Source of the DNA: an uncultured Erysipelotrichaceae bacterium
GTDB lineage: Bacteria > Bacillota_I > Bacilli_A > Erysipelotrichales > Erysipelotrichaceae
NCBI GenBank assembly: GCA_944326825.1
Contig: CALVFL010000019.1
Span: forward strand, 32,562 to 96,561
DNA: 64,000 bases
Direction of reading: 5' to 3'
The notes under the pieces were generated by a model. The model had not been told where the DNA came from. It ran no database searches and saw only the letters and a list, made by a program, of their open reading frames with translations. The first letter of the stretch is position 1, and every line of letters begins with the position of its first letter. Both the position numbers and the translations under genes were made by a program. Shown here piece after piece: positions 8,088-17,333 of the stretch.

Positions 8088-9938
8088 TTAAAGACCGTAA
8101 TCGTAACCGCCCATCAGTTTAGAATTCTGTTCTTCATTGAACTGATTGGTATATAGACGATAATAGTAGCCTTTTAAAGCTATCAGTGTTTCATGGGTGC
8201 CATCTTCGACGATCTGGCCTTTTTGAATGACTAAGATCCTGTCAGCATTGACGATCGTACTTAAACGGTGAGCTACGACTAAAGAGGTCTTGTCTTTCAT
8301 AATATTTTCGATAGCGAACTGAATTATCCTTTCAGTTTCGGTATCGATCGAAGAAGTAGCTTCATCTAAGACAAAGATGCTTGGGTTAGCTAAAACGGCT
8401 CTGGCAAAAGAGATGAGCTGTTTTTGACCGGTCGATAGACGGGAGCCGCCCTCTCCGACATCAGTATTATAACCGTCTTCAAACTTCATGATAAAATCAT
8501 GCGCATTGACAAGTTTGCAGGCTTCATATACTTCTTCATCGCTGGCATCAAGTCTTCCCAAACGGACATTATCCATGATCGTACCGCTGAAAAGATGCGG
8601 TGCCTGCAAGACATAACCAAGCTTGGAATGTAGCCAGCCGATCGAGCGTTTACGGTAATCGATGCCATCGATCAATAGTTCCCCAGAACATGGTTCATAG
8701 AAACGGCAGATCAGATTGACGATCGTCGATTTGCCGCTGCCGGTTTCACCAACCAGAGCGATCGTCTGACCACTTTTGATGTCAAGACTAAAATCTTTTA
8801 AGATCGTTTCTCCCTTAATATATTCAAAGGTAACGTTTTTAAAGCTGATGTCGCCTTTGATCGCTTCATAGTTTTGCGTTTTTGGCTCAAAGATCGTGCC
8901 ATATTTTGCAATTACCTCCGGGGTATCGTTGATCGAAGGTTCTGATTCCAAAAGATAGATGATCCTCTCGCCAGAGGCCTGAGCGATCTGAAAATCGGTC
9001 ATGATCATGGAAATGGAACGGATCGGTTCATAGAACTGCTGGGCATATTGAATAAACATCATCAAAGTGCCAAAACCGATAATGCCGCTATTGGCTAAGC
9101 CGCCGCCGATCCAGATGATCAAAGCTAAAGTTAGCGAAGATATAAAGTTGACTAATGGTCTGAAAGTACCGCCGATCTTGGCAGCTTTAACAGATACGTT
9201 ATACATCTCTTTAGTATCTTCTTTAAAATCGGCATAGTTGTATTCTTCCAAAACTAAAGTCTTAGTCGTCCTGGCACCGTTGATGCCTTCACTGAAAGAA
9301 TTGGTGATCTTGGAATTGGCTTTGCGCACCCCGCGATAAGCCTTTAAAGACAGCTTTTGCATGATATATGATACATAGGCCAAAAGAGGTACGACGATAA
9401 GGATCAGCAAGGCTAAAACAGCATTTGTCGAAAACATGATGATGCCCGAAAAGATCATCAGCGGAATACCCCAGGCCAGATCGACCATCGACCAGGCCAA
9501 AACTTCGGCTAGACGGGCAATATCGCTGGTAAGACGAGCTAAAAGCCAGCCGGTCGGGGTTACATCGTAGTAAGAAAAGGACAATGATTGAAGCCTTTTA
9601 AAACACTTTTCACGAAGATAATAGGCAAAACCCATCTCCACCTTGCCAGCCACTCTGAAATAGATGAAGTTGATGATGCCGATCAGAACGATGATCAAAA
9701 GATAGATTATGATAAAAGTCATCAGTTCTTCATCACTACCGTTTCCGCTGGCGAAATTATCGATGCTGATCTTGTTTAGATAAGGCATTAACACATCGCT
9801 GAAGGCAATGACGATCTGCAAGACGATCAGTACAGCCAGTTTTTTATAAAACGGCTTAAAAAGACCGGCAATCTTTTTCCAGACCCCCAGATTCAGTCCT
9901 TCGTTTGAAAAATCTTTTTCTTCGAATTTATTGGCCAT
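8088..9938 (-). CDS. ABC exporter half-transporter (TMD-NBD) carrying the consensus ATPase site
   Basis: Walker A GETGSGKST, Walker B FVLDEATSS, H-loop VAHRLST, and an atypical signature LSTGQ. Confidence 0.85.
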   Translation of the reverse strand: MANKFEEKDFSNEGLNLGVWKKIAGLFKPFYKKLAVLIVLQIVIAFSDVLMPYLNKISIDNFASGNGSDEELMTFIIIYLLIIVLIGIINFIYFRVAGKVEMGFAYYLREKCFKRLQSLSFSYYDVTPTGWLLARLTSDIARLAEVLAWSMVDLAWGIPLMIFSGIIMFSTNAVLALLILIVVPLLAYVSYIMQKLSLKAYRGVRKANSKITNSFSEGINGARTTKTLVLEEYNYADFKEDTKEMYNVSVKAAKIGGTFRPLVNFISSLTLALIIWIGGGLANSGIIGFGTLMMFIQYAQQFYEPIRSISMIMTDFQIAQASGERIIYLLESEPSINDTPEVIAKYGTIFEPKTQNYEAIKGDISFKNVTFEYIKGETILKDFSLDIKSGQTIALVGETGSGKSTIVNLICRFYEPCSGELLIDGIDYRKRSIGWLHSKLGYVLQAPHLFSGTIMDNVRLGRLDASDEEVYEACKLVNAHDFIMKFEDGYNTDVGEGGSRLSTGQKQLISFARAVLANPSIFVLDEATSSIDTETERIIQFAIENIMKDKTSLVVAHRLSTIVNADRILVIQKGQIVEDGTHETLIALKGYYYRLYTNQFNEEQNSKLMGGYDYGL

Positions 9939-9939
9939 A

Positions 9940-11727
9940 TCAGATCACCTCGCTTTCTGTATTGGTTTGAAGTTCATTGATACGCTTATAAAGTCCTTCT
10001 TTTTGGATCAGTTCTTTGTGAGTACCGCTTTGGGTGATTCTTCCATCTTCGATAACGAAGATATTGTCACAATCTTTGGCACTGGCTACTCTTTGGGTGA
10101 TGATGATCGTCGTGCACTTGTTGAAGACTTCTTTTAAACTCTTGCGGATCTTGGCATCAGTCTGCGTATCGACTGCACTCAAAGAATCATCAAAGATGAG
10201 GATCGGCGTCTTTTTGACTAAAGTACGGGCGATCGCTACTCTTTGTTTCTGGCCGCCGGATAAAGTGACACCTTTTTCGCCAACGATCGTATCGTATCCT
10301 TGATCGAATTCTTTGATGACATCATGTACAGCAGCGATCGAAGTTGCATCATAGATCTCGTTTTCATCAATATCCGGACGAGAGATCTTTAGATTGCTCA
10401 TGATCGTCCTTGAAAACAAGAAAGGCTCTTGCAAGACGATGCCGACGTTTTCTCTTAGATAGTTTTTATTGATGTCTTTAAGGTTATGATGATTGATATA
10501 GATATCGCCTTTAGATGGCTCATAGAGTCTTGATAAAAGATAGATAAGCGTTGACTTGCCGCTGCCGGTCGGACCGATCAGAGCGACTGTCTGATTCTCT
10601 TTGATCAAAAGATCAATATCTTTTAAGACATCGACATGATCTTCATCATAAGAGAACGAAACGTTTTTAAATTCAATATCACCTAAAAGATCAGGTTTTT
10701 CACCGCTGATCAGATCTTCCCCTTCTTCATTGATGATATCGACAAGTCTTTTCAGGGATACGGTCACTTTACCAAAGTCGGTCATGATCCTGCCCAGTTG
10801 TCTGATCGGATATAGGATCATCGTCTGATATGATACAAAGACGGTAAAATTACCAATAGTCAGCTCTCCGCTTCTTACCGCAAAGATGCCAGCCACTACA
10901 ACCGACAAAATGCCCAAAAGACAAATGGCATAGCTTGATGACCAGTAAGAGCCCAGATACTGGATCATCTTATAGGTTATATCCGAATATTTCTTGGAAG
11001 TATTCAAAAATCTTTGTACTTCATACTTTTCACGGTTAAAGGCTTTGATGACTCTGATGCCGCTTAAAGATTCCTGAATAACATCGGACATGAATGCTTC
11101 TGCTTCATCTGAAAGTAAGAACTGTTTTTGGACCTGCTTAAAGAAGAAATAACTGTAAAGAAAGATTATCGGCAAAGAAACCGAAGCGATCAAAGCCAGT
11201 CTTAGATTGATCGAATAGAGGACGCTTAAAGCGATGATAGCTGTAGCGACAATATAAAAGATCTCGCACAGCTGACCAGCAAAAAATCTTCTGACCATAT
11301 CCACATCGCTTGTGCACTTTTGAATCAGCTCGCCGCTTTTGGTCTTGACATGATAGGCATAAGGCAGGATCTGCAAGTGAGAATAAAGATCATTACGGAT
11401 ATTTTCCACAAGTTTTTCAGATACCACACCCTGCATCCTTTGCCTGTAGCTCATCAAAAGATTGACGCAGATATAAACGATGACTAAAACGATAGCCATG
11501 ATCCATAAATTATTGCGGATATTATCAACACCACCTAAAATGGATGCTAAAAAAGCCATTAAAGGATTTTCAATGGCTGAGTTGCCGATGACGTTATCAA
11601 TAACGAAACTGAAGATCAAACTGGATAAAAGATTGATCCCGGCATAAATGATCGTAGCAATTATAATGCTTAAAAGTAAATAACGGTATTTTCCTAAATG
11701 TTTATTTATAAAAGATAATCTACTCAT
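9940..11727 (-). CDS. ABC exporter half-transporter (TMD-NBD) carrying the degenerate ATPase site
   Basis: Walker A GPTGSGKST and signature LSGGQ. Walker B is ILIFDDS (Asp replaces the catalytic Glu) and the H-loop is ITQRVAS (Gln replaces His). This matches the pattern of heterodimeric exporters such as LmrCD, BmrCD and TM287/288. Confidence 0.85.
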   Translation of the reverse strand: MSRLSFINKHLGKYRYLLLSIIIATIIYAGINLLSSLIFSFVIDNVIGNSAIENPLMAFLASILGGVDNIRNNLWIMAIVLVIVYICVNLLMSYRQRMQGVVSEKLVENIRNDLYSHLQILPYAYHVKTKSGELIQKCTSDVDMVRRFFAGQLCEIFYIVATAIIALSVLYSINLRLALIASVSLPIIFLYSYFFFKQVQKQFLLSDEAEAFMSDVIQESLSGIRVIKAFNREKYEVQRFLNTSKKYSDITYKMIQYLGSYWSSSYAICLLGILSVVVAGIFAVRSGELTIGNFTVFVSYQTMILYPIRQLGRIMTDFGKVTVSLKRLVDIINEEGEDLISGEKPDLLGDIEFKNVSFSYDEDHVDVLKDIDLLIKENQTVALIGPTGSGKSTLIYLLSRLYEPSKGDIYINHHNLKDINKNYLRENVGIVLQEPFLFSRTIMSNLKISRPDIDENEIYDATSIAAVHDVIKEFDQGYDTIVGEKGVTLSGGQKQRVAIARTLVKKTPILIFDDSLSAVDTQTDAKIRKSLKEVFNKCTTIIITQRVASAKDCDNIFVIEDGRITQSGTHKELIQKEGLYKRINELQTNTESEVI

Positions 11728-11974
11728 TCCTCTTGTACGCTTTTAAAGCCTGAGCGATCTGATCGGGACAGGAAGTCGGCTTATTTCCGCATAAAACTCC
11801 GTCAAAATCTTCAATCACTTCATCGATGTGCATATCTTTGATGATTCTTGATATACCCTTCAGATTGCCCGGACATCCCCCTTCTATTTCTACATTCTTA
11901 ATTATATTGTTTTCATCTATCTCAAAAGTAAACTTTCTTGAACAAGTTCCTTTAGGTGTATAAACGTATGTCAT
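11720..11974 (-). CDS. Small TSCPD-domain protein (TIGR03905-like)
   Basis: 84 aa with CSRK..GGCPGN..CGNKPTSCPDQIA. Its start abuts the ktrA stop and its end overlaps the ABC gene start by 8 nt. Confidence 0.7.
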   Translation of the reverse strand: MTYVYTPKGTCSRKFTFEIDENNIIKNVEIEGGCPGNLKGISRIIKDMHIDEVIEDFDGVLCGNKPTSCPDQIAQALKAYKRNE

Positions 11975-12655
11975 TTAATCTTCACCGATCCTTTCAAGTT
12001 CGTCATTGTTGGCAAAGATCTCTTTTTTGACGACGATCAGCAGATGATCAGTATCATTGATCGTCTCATAAGGATCAGGGCTCATATTCAAATGTTCATC
12101 GTTTAGAGTTTTAATGCCTAAAACGTTGATATTCATCTTGTTGCGCAGATCAAGTTCGACCAGATTCTTATTGACCCAGGATGTGGGAGCTTTGATCTCG
12201 ATGATCGAATATTCATTGTCGATATCCACAACATCGATAATATTTCGCATGAGCAATGATTTAGCCATACGATAGCCCATCTCTTTTTCCGGTGTTATCA
12301 CTCTGTCAGCACCGATCTTCTTTAAGATATTGGCATAGCGGCGGTTTTTAGCCTTAGCCAAGATAAAAGAGATGTTCAATTCTTTTAAGTTCATGATCGC
12401 TAAAACAGCATCTTCAAGATGCGAACCGGCAGCAACGACTGCTACATCAGCCTCTTCAACGCCAGCTGCTTTAAGCTGTTCAAGATCGGTGAAATCGCAG
12501 CAGACTGCATTGGATACCAGTTCACCCATTCTTTCTACACAAGCCATATCTTTATCGATCGCAATGACATCCTGATGATATTTATTCAATTCTTTGGCGA
12601 TCGTTGAGCCAAATATTCCAAGGCCCAATACTACATAAGTTCTTTTTGTTTTCAT
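11975..12655 (-). CDS. ktrA: K+ uptake system peripheral NAD-binding subunit (KtrA/TrkA)
   Basis: Rossmann motif VLGLGIFGSTIAKEL plus a C-terminal RCK domain. Sits next to the KtrB-type gene. Confidence 0.85.
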   Translation of the reverse strand: MKTKRTYVVLGLGIFGSTIAKELNKYHQDVIAIDKDMACVERMGELVSNAVCCDFTDLEQLKAAGVEEADVAVVAAGSHLEDAVLAIMNLKELNISFILAKAKNRRYANILKKIGADRVITPEKEMGYRMAKSLLMRNIIDVVDIDNEYSIIEIKAPTSWVNKNLVELDLRNKMNINVLGIKTLNDEHLNMSPDPYETINDTDHLLIVVKKEIFANNDELERIGED

Positions 12656-12660
12656 TCAAA

Positions 12661-14055
12661 TCACCCCACTGAAATTTCTGTTGCCGGATATTTAATATTG
12701 GAAGTGCCTTTATCTTTATTGAAGGTATAGGCAACGGTTATCGGACCGACACGACCGATAAACATCAATAATATGATTACAACTTTACCTACGAAAGATA
12801 AAGATGAAGTTATGCCCGTCGTCAAACCGACTGTACCGATAGCGCTGACACATTCAAAGAGAATGTCAAGTGAATCAAACGGTTCAATGCAGACCAAGAT
12901 AAGCATGGCTATGATCAAGGCAAAGACATAAAAGCCAAAGATCGCAAAAGCATTGGCAAAGTTTCTAAGTTTGATGCGCCGCTTGAAAGCAAACATATAA
13001 TCACGCTTCTTGACTTGCGTTATCATCATCAGCACCAGTAAGAAAAAAGTCGTCGTCTTGATGCCGCCGGCCGTACCGCCTGGCGAGCCGCCGATAAACA
13101 TCCAGATGATCATGATGATCTTGGTAAAACGATGCAAGATCGTAAAATCTACGGTAAAGAAACCGGCCGTCCTTAAAGTAACAGAACTGAAAAAGGCATT
13201 CATGACTTTGCTTGGAAAACTCAAGCCGGCAAGCGAATTGTTGTATTCAGCAATAAGGATCAACACTGTACCCACTACGATCAAACCGAAAGTTATTCTC
13301 AGCACGATCCTTGTCACGATCCTCAAGCGGGCTCTGATGTTGCTTAATCCCTTTTTAAATCTGATCAGAAGACCTAATTTAGCTTTCAGATCAAACCAGA
13401 CTGCAAAACCGATACCGCCAAAGACGATAAGCGTAGCGATCGTCAAGACGACGATCGGATCATTTTGATAAGGCATCAGGGAGAAAGCTCCCGGGAAGCA
13501 ATCGATACCGGCGTTGCAGAAAGCCGAGATCGATAAGAAGATCGAATAACCGATACCAGCGATCACTCCATGATCCGGTATCATCACCAGTGACAGCAAC
13601 AATGCACCGATACCTTCGAAAGCGAACGTAAACTTGAAGATCAGTTTGATATATGACGAAAGATCGTTAAAGTCTAACATATTCAAAGCATCTTTAAGCA
13701 ATAAGCGTTCTTTGAATTCCAAACGGTTATGCATCAATAAGAGCAGGACTGAAATCGTGGTCATAAGACCTAAACCTCCCAGCTGAATCAAAAACATGAT
13801 CACGATATGTCCGAATAAGGTGTACTGATTGCCGACTACTACCGTTACCAGTCCGGTAACACAAGTCGATGTCGTAGCCGTAAAGAGATGATCGATATAA
13901 GGTACCCCTGGTATCTTATTGGCGATCGGTAATGACAGCAGCAAACTGCCGCTCAAAATTAAAAAAGCGAAACTGGCGACCAGAATCGTTGTGACTTTGT
14001 ATTTAGAAAAAATATAATGTCTGAATTTAAGTATTTTATCCCCCATGCCACTCAT
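12661..14055 (-). CDS. ktrB: K+ transporter membrane subunit (KtrB/TrkH family)
   Basis: Polytopic protein with repeated selectivity-loop glycines (TGL, GGLG, NAGI, GTVGLT). The start is uncertain: ATG at 14055 or 14046, versus the ORF-track GTG at 14088. Confidence 0.8.
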   Translation of the reverse strand: MSGMGDKILKFRHYIFSKYKVTTILVASFAFLILSGSLLLSLPIANKIPGVPYIDHLFTATTSTCVTGLVTVVVGNQYTLFGHIVIMFLIQLGGLGLMTTISVLLLLMHNRLEFKERLLLKDALNMLDFNDLSSYIKLIFKFTFAFEGIGALLLSLVMIPDHGVIAGIGYSIFLSISAFCNAGIDCFPGAFSLMPYQNDPIVVLTIATLIVFGGIGFAVWFDLKAKLGLLIRFKKGLSNIRARLRIVTRIVLRITFGLIVVGTVLILIAEYNNSLAGLSFPSKVMNAFFSSVTLRTAGFFTVDFTILHRFTKIIMIIWMFIGGSPGGTAGGIKTTTFFLLVLMMITQVKKRDYMFAFKRRIKLRNFANAFAIFGFYVFALIIAMLILVCIEPFDSLDILFECVSAIGTVGLTTGITSSLSFVGKVVIILLMFIGRVGPITVAYTFNKDKGTSNIKYPATEISVG

Positions 14056-14115
14056 TCTACTACTTCTATTTTTAAAAGTAAACAGCACTTTATTAAATAA
14101 ATGACAATGTCATAA

Positions 14116-14144
14116 TTGTATTTGAAAATGACGAGTGATATAAT
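14116..14144 (+). promoter_or_regulatory. gltX promoter TTGTAT-17-TGaTATAAT
   Basis: The -35 is 14116..14121 and the -10 is 14139..14144, with TG at 14136-14137. The GGAGG SD is at 14173. Confidence 0.55.
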
Positions 14145-14182
14145 CGAAAAGTACGATAAATAAAGATATTTTGGAGGATGTA

Positions 14183-15640
14183 ATGGAAAAAGTAAGAACG
14201 AGATTTGCACCCAGTCCGACCGGTTATATGCACATCGGCAATCTTCGGACTGCTCTATATGCTTATCTGGTAGCCAAGAAACATAAAGACGGCGTCTTTG
14301 TCTTGAGGATCGAAGATACCGATCAGGGGCGTCTGATCGAAGGTGCTACCGATATCATTTATACCACTTTAAAGGAATGCGGTCTTAAACATGATGAAGG
14401 ACCGGATGTCGGTGGTGAATATGGACCATATATCCAATCTGAACGAATGAAACAGGGCATCTATAAAAAATATGCCATGGAGATGGTCGAAAAAGGCAAG
14501 GCCCATATCTGTTTTTGCAGCGAAGAAGACATACAAAGCCAAAAAGAAGTGGCTGAAGCCAAGGGTGAATCATTCATCTACCGTGACCCTTGCAAGAAGT
14601 TAAGCAAAGAAGAGATCCAAAAAAGGATCGATGATGGTGAACCGTATGTTATCAGACAAACGATCGATCCCAACGGCACTACCTCTTTTGATGATGAAGT
14701 ATATGGTACGATCACGGTTGACAATTCCACACTGGATGAAATGATTCTCTTGAAATCAGACGGTTTTCCGACTTATAACTTTGCCAATGTCATCGATGAT
14801 CATCTGATGGCGATCACTGATGTCGTAAGAGGCAACGAATACCTGTCAAGCACCCCTAAATACAACCTGCTCTATGAAGCGATGGGCTGGGAAAAACCCC
14901 GCTATATCCATTGCCCGCCGGTCATGAAAGATGAACATCACAAACTTTCCAAAAGAAACGGCGATGCTTCTTTCAATGATCTTGTCGCTAAAGGTTATCT
15001 CCCAGAGGCTATCTTAAACTATATTGCCCTATTAGGCTGGTCGCCGAGTGAAGAAAGAGAGATCTATTCTTTAAGTGAACTGTGTGAAGCCTTTGATGTA
15101 AAAAGGATCAATACTTCCGGGGCTATCTTCGATATTGAAAAGCTTAAGTGGATGAATGCCACTTATTTGAGAAACATGGATAACGATAAATATATCGAAC
15201 TGATAAGACCTTATGTCAATAAAGCCATCGGCGATAGTTACGATATTCATAAAGTTGCTCATATCCTTAAAGAAAGAGCTACGACTTTAAATGAGATCGA
15301 AGAGATGCTCGATTTTATCAAAGAACTCAAAGAATTTGATGTAACGCTTTATACCAATAAAAAGATGAAGACCACACCAGAAGTAGCCCTGAACTCTTTA
15401 AAAGAAGCGAAGAGAGTTCTTGGTGAACTGAGTGAATGGAACCATGATTCCATCTATAACTGCTTAATGGCACTGGTTAGTGAACTTGGTGTTAAAAACG
15501 GTCAGGTCCTCTTCCCTGTAAGAGTTGCCCTTTCCAATAAAGCCTTTACACCAGGCGGCGCCATCGAGATCGCTGACATCCTAGGCAAAGAAGAAACCTT
15601 GAACAGGATCGCCAAAGCTATCGAAGATTTATCAGAATAA
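14183..15640 (+). CDS. gltX: Glutamate--tRNA ligase
   Basis: Class I motifs HIGNLRTALY and KLSKRNG. The ATG at 14183 is 5 nt after GGAGG, and the ORF-track TTG at 14171 overlaps that SD. Confidence 0.93.
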   Translation: MEKVRTRFAPSPTGYMHIGNLRTALYAYLVAKKHKDGVFVLRIEDTDQGRLIEGATDIIYTTLKECGLKHDEGPDVGGEYGPYIQSERMKQGIYKKYAMEMVEKGKAHICFCSEEDIQSQKEVAEAKGESFIYRDPCKKLSKEEIQKRIDDGEPYVIRQTIDPNGTTSFDDEVYGTITVDNSTLDEMILLKSDGFPTYNFANVIDDHLMAITDVVRGNEYLSSTPKYNLLYEAMGWEKPRYIHCPPVMKDEHHKLSKRNGDASFNDLVAKGYLPEAILNYIALLGWSPSEEREIYSLSELCEAFDVKRINTSGAIFDIEKLKWMNATYLRNMDNDKYIELIRPYVNKAIGDSYDIHKVAHILKERATTLNEIEEMLDFIKELKEFDVTLYTNKKMKTTPEVALNSLKEAKRVLGELSEWNHDSIYNCLMALVSELGVKNGQVLFPVRVALSNKAFTPGGAIEIADILGKEETLNRIAKAIEDLSE

Positions 15641-15657
15641 TAAAGTACTCAAGAAAT

Positions 15658-15689
15658 AAATATGCACGCTCAAACAAGCGTGCATATTT
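15658..15689. terminator. Bidirectional terminator between gltX and the convergent lipoprotein gene
   Basis: 13 bp stem AAATATGCACGCT-caaaca-AGCGTGCATATTT flanked by A and T runs. Confidence 0.85.
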
Positions 15690-16729
15690 TATTCTAGGAT
15701 CTCTTTAGCTAAATCATTATAAGCATCTTTTAATTGCTGGTATTCTTCAATATTGCAGACATCCTCATCACCTTCGACAATGCCGGTATCAAAATCATAG
15801 CTACAGACAAGCGAATGATCTTGGGTATATTCATAAACCTGATCATATTCCCAATCATAGACCATATAGAAGGAACTATAGAATTGTTTGAGTTCAAGAT
15901 CGATATAATCAGTACCGTTAGAGTAAACATCATCACCATAATCGATATAGCCAAGACTCTCTAATTCAGCGATCTGATCATAAGTGATATCATAGTCACC
16001 ATAGACATAACCGGCTTCATAACTTCCTTCATCATTAAATTCCACAGGATCAAAGTAAGGAATATAAGCTTCATCATATTCACTTAAACTCATTTCAGCA
16101 CCAATAGTGAAAGTACCCATGCCTTCAAAATTCATCTCAAAATCAAAGTTCATGCCTTTGATGAGATCATCTTCACTGATGATGATGTCAATAGCGATCG
16201 GATTGGCAAAAGAAAATTCTGCACTGTTAAAAATGGCGCTCATTAAGCTGTTGAGATCATCATTTTCGATAACGGTAGAAAGCACTATATCCTCGCCATC
16301 TTTCCTGGCTTCAAAAGAATCAGCTTTCTTTAATTCAAAGAAACTCGCAAAGAAAGCAGCGCTGTCCAAATTCTCGGCAGTATCTTCATAACTATAAGTC
16401 TTTACACCATCTTCTTCTTTATAGACAGTGCCATCGACCGTCCATTCCTTCATGATCGCCTCTTGTCCTAAAAAGCTTACACTTGTTTCAAGATAACTTT
16501 TTAAACGATTGGTATTAAGTCCTTCTTGAATGATCACCATCTTGACAAGAATATTTAAAAGACCTTCTTCGCTTCCGCTTAAGCTAACATCTAAATCAGC
16601 ATTTAACTTTAATGAAGTAAGATCACTCATTTCTTTTTTAACATCTTCTAAAATCTTTTCAGTATCCAGTTTTTCTTCACAGCCAAACAAGATAAAGATT
16701 GATAAGATGACCAGCATTATTCTTTTCAT
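15689..16729 (-). CDS. Lipoprotein of unknown function with a Tyr/Asp/Glu-rich C-terminal third
   Basis: Signal peptide with lipobox ILFGC. The C-terminal ~130 aa are rich in Y, D and E (YVYGDYDITYDQ..YIDYGDDVYSNGTDYIDLE..YDWEYDQVYEY). Confidence 0.7.
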   Translation of the reverse strand: MKRIMLVILSIFILFGCEEKLDTEKILEDVKKEMSDLTSLKLNADLDVSLSGSEEGLLNILVKMVIIQEGLNTNRLKSYLETSVSFLGQEAIMKEWTVDGTVYKEEDGVKTYSYEDTAENLDSAAFFASFFELKKADSFEARKDGEDIVLSTVIENDDLNSLMSAIFNSAEFSFANPIAIDIIISEDDLIKGMNFDFEMNFEGMGTFTIGAEMSLSEYDEAYIPYFDPVEFNDEGSYEAGYVYGDYDITYDQIAELESLGYIDYGDDVYSNGTDYIDLELKQFYSSFYMVYDWEYDQVYEYTQDHSLVCSYDFDTGIVEGDEDVCNIEEYQQLKDAYNDLAKEILE

Positions 16730-16803
16730 AATATTTCCCCTTCTTTATATAGATGTATTATATCAAAATCTTATATAATTTTAATATAAAGGAGATAAAA
16801 ACC

Positions 16804-17142
16804 ATGATAATGACAACTACACCAAATATTGAAGGATATAAGATCAAAGAGTATAAAAAGATAGTCTTTGGCGAAGTGATCACCGGCATCAATTTTGTGA
16901 AAGATTTTGGAGCCGGTATCCGCAATTTTATCGGCGGCAGAAGTTCCGGGTATGAAGATGAACTCATTAAAGCCCGCAGTGAAGCTTTAAACGAGATCGA
17001 AGAAGCCGCTGCAAGGATCGGCGCTGATGGCATCATCGGCATTGATTTTGATTATGAAGTTTTAGGAAGCGGCGGGATGCTGATGATAAGTGTCAGCGGT
17101 ACAGCTGTAACACTTGAAAAGCTTAATGAAGATCAGGTCTAA
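16804..17142 (+). CDS. YbjQ/UPF0145 family protein
   Basis: [26 protein letters not shown]...GADGIIG. An AAGGAG SD lies 8 nt upstream of ATG 16804. Confidence 0.8.
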   Translation: MIMTTTPNIEGYKIKEYKKIVFGEVITGINFVKDFGAGIRNFIGGRSSGYEDELIKARSEALNEIEEAAARIGADGIIGIDFDYEVLGSGGMLMISVSGTAVTLEKLNEDQV

Positions 17143-17170
17143 GTCTGGTCTTTATTGTAAAAGTTTTTCA

Positions 17171-17199
17171 AACATAAATAAAAGTCCTTTGCAGGACTT
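17171..17199 (-). terminator. Terminator after tRNA-Ser. It may also stop the convergent ybjQ.
   Basis: AAGUCCU-gcaa-AGGACUU followed by UUAUUUAUGUUU on the minus strand. Confidence 0.7.
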
Positions 17200-17212
17200 A
17201 GATAGTTTAAAC

Positions 17213-17304
17213 TGGCGTTCACCGGGGGATTCGAACCCCCGAAACGAAGTTAATCGTTTAATAGCTTTCCAAGCTATCTCCTTCAGCCTCTCGGACAGGT
17301 GAAC
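17213..17304 (-). tRNA. tRNA-Ser (anticodon GGA)
   Basis: Hand-folded. Acceptor is GTTCACC/GGTGAAC. The anticodon stem is ATAGC/GCTAT and its loop is TTGGAAA. Has a long variable arm AAACGA..TCGTTT, a T-loop GGGGGTTCGAATCCCCC, and an encoded CCA. Confidence 0.9.
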
Positions 17305-17333
17305 ACCACCAAATATTAACAAATCTAAAGCAT

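Noticed and set aside
13010-13468. 152 aa plus-strand ORF inside ktrB
   Set aside because: It is antisense to a clearly homologous membrane-protein gene. It has a low-complexity P/K/T-rich translation, no SD and no promoter. It is a typical shadow ORF.
14056-14182. A c-di-AMP (ydaO-type) riboswitch upstream of ktrB, as occurs in some Bacillus ktr and kimA genes
   Set aside because: The available leader is about 50-125 nt and shares space with the divergent gltX promoter. I could not see the conserved pseudo-symmetric helices, so it is too short.
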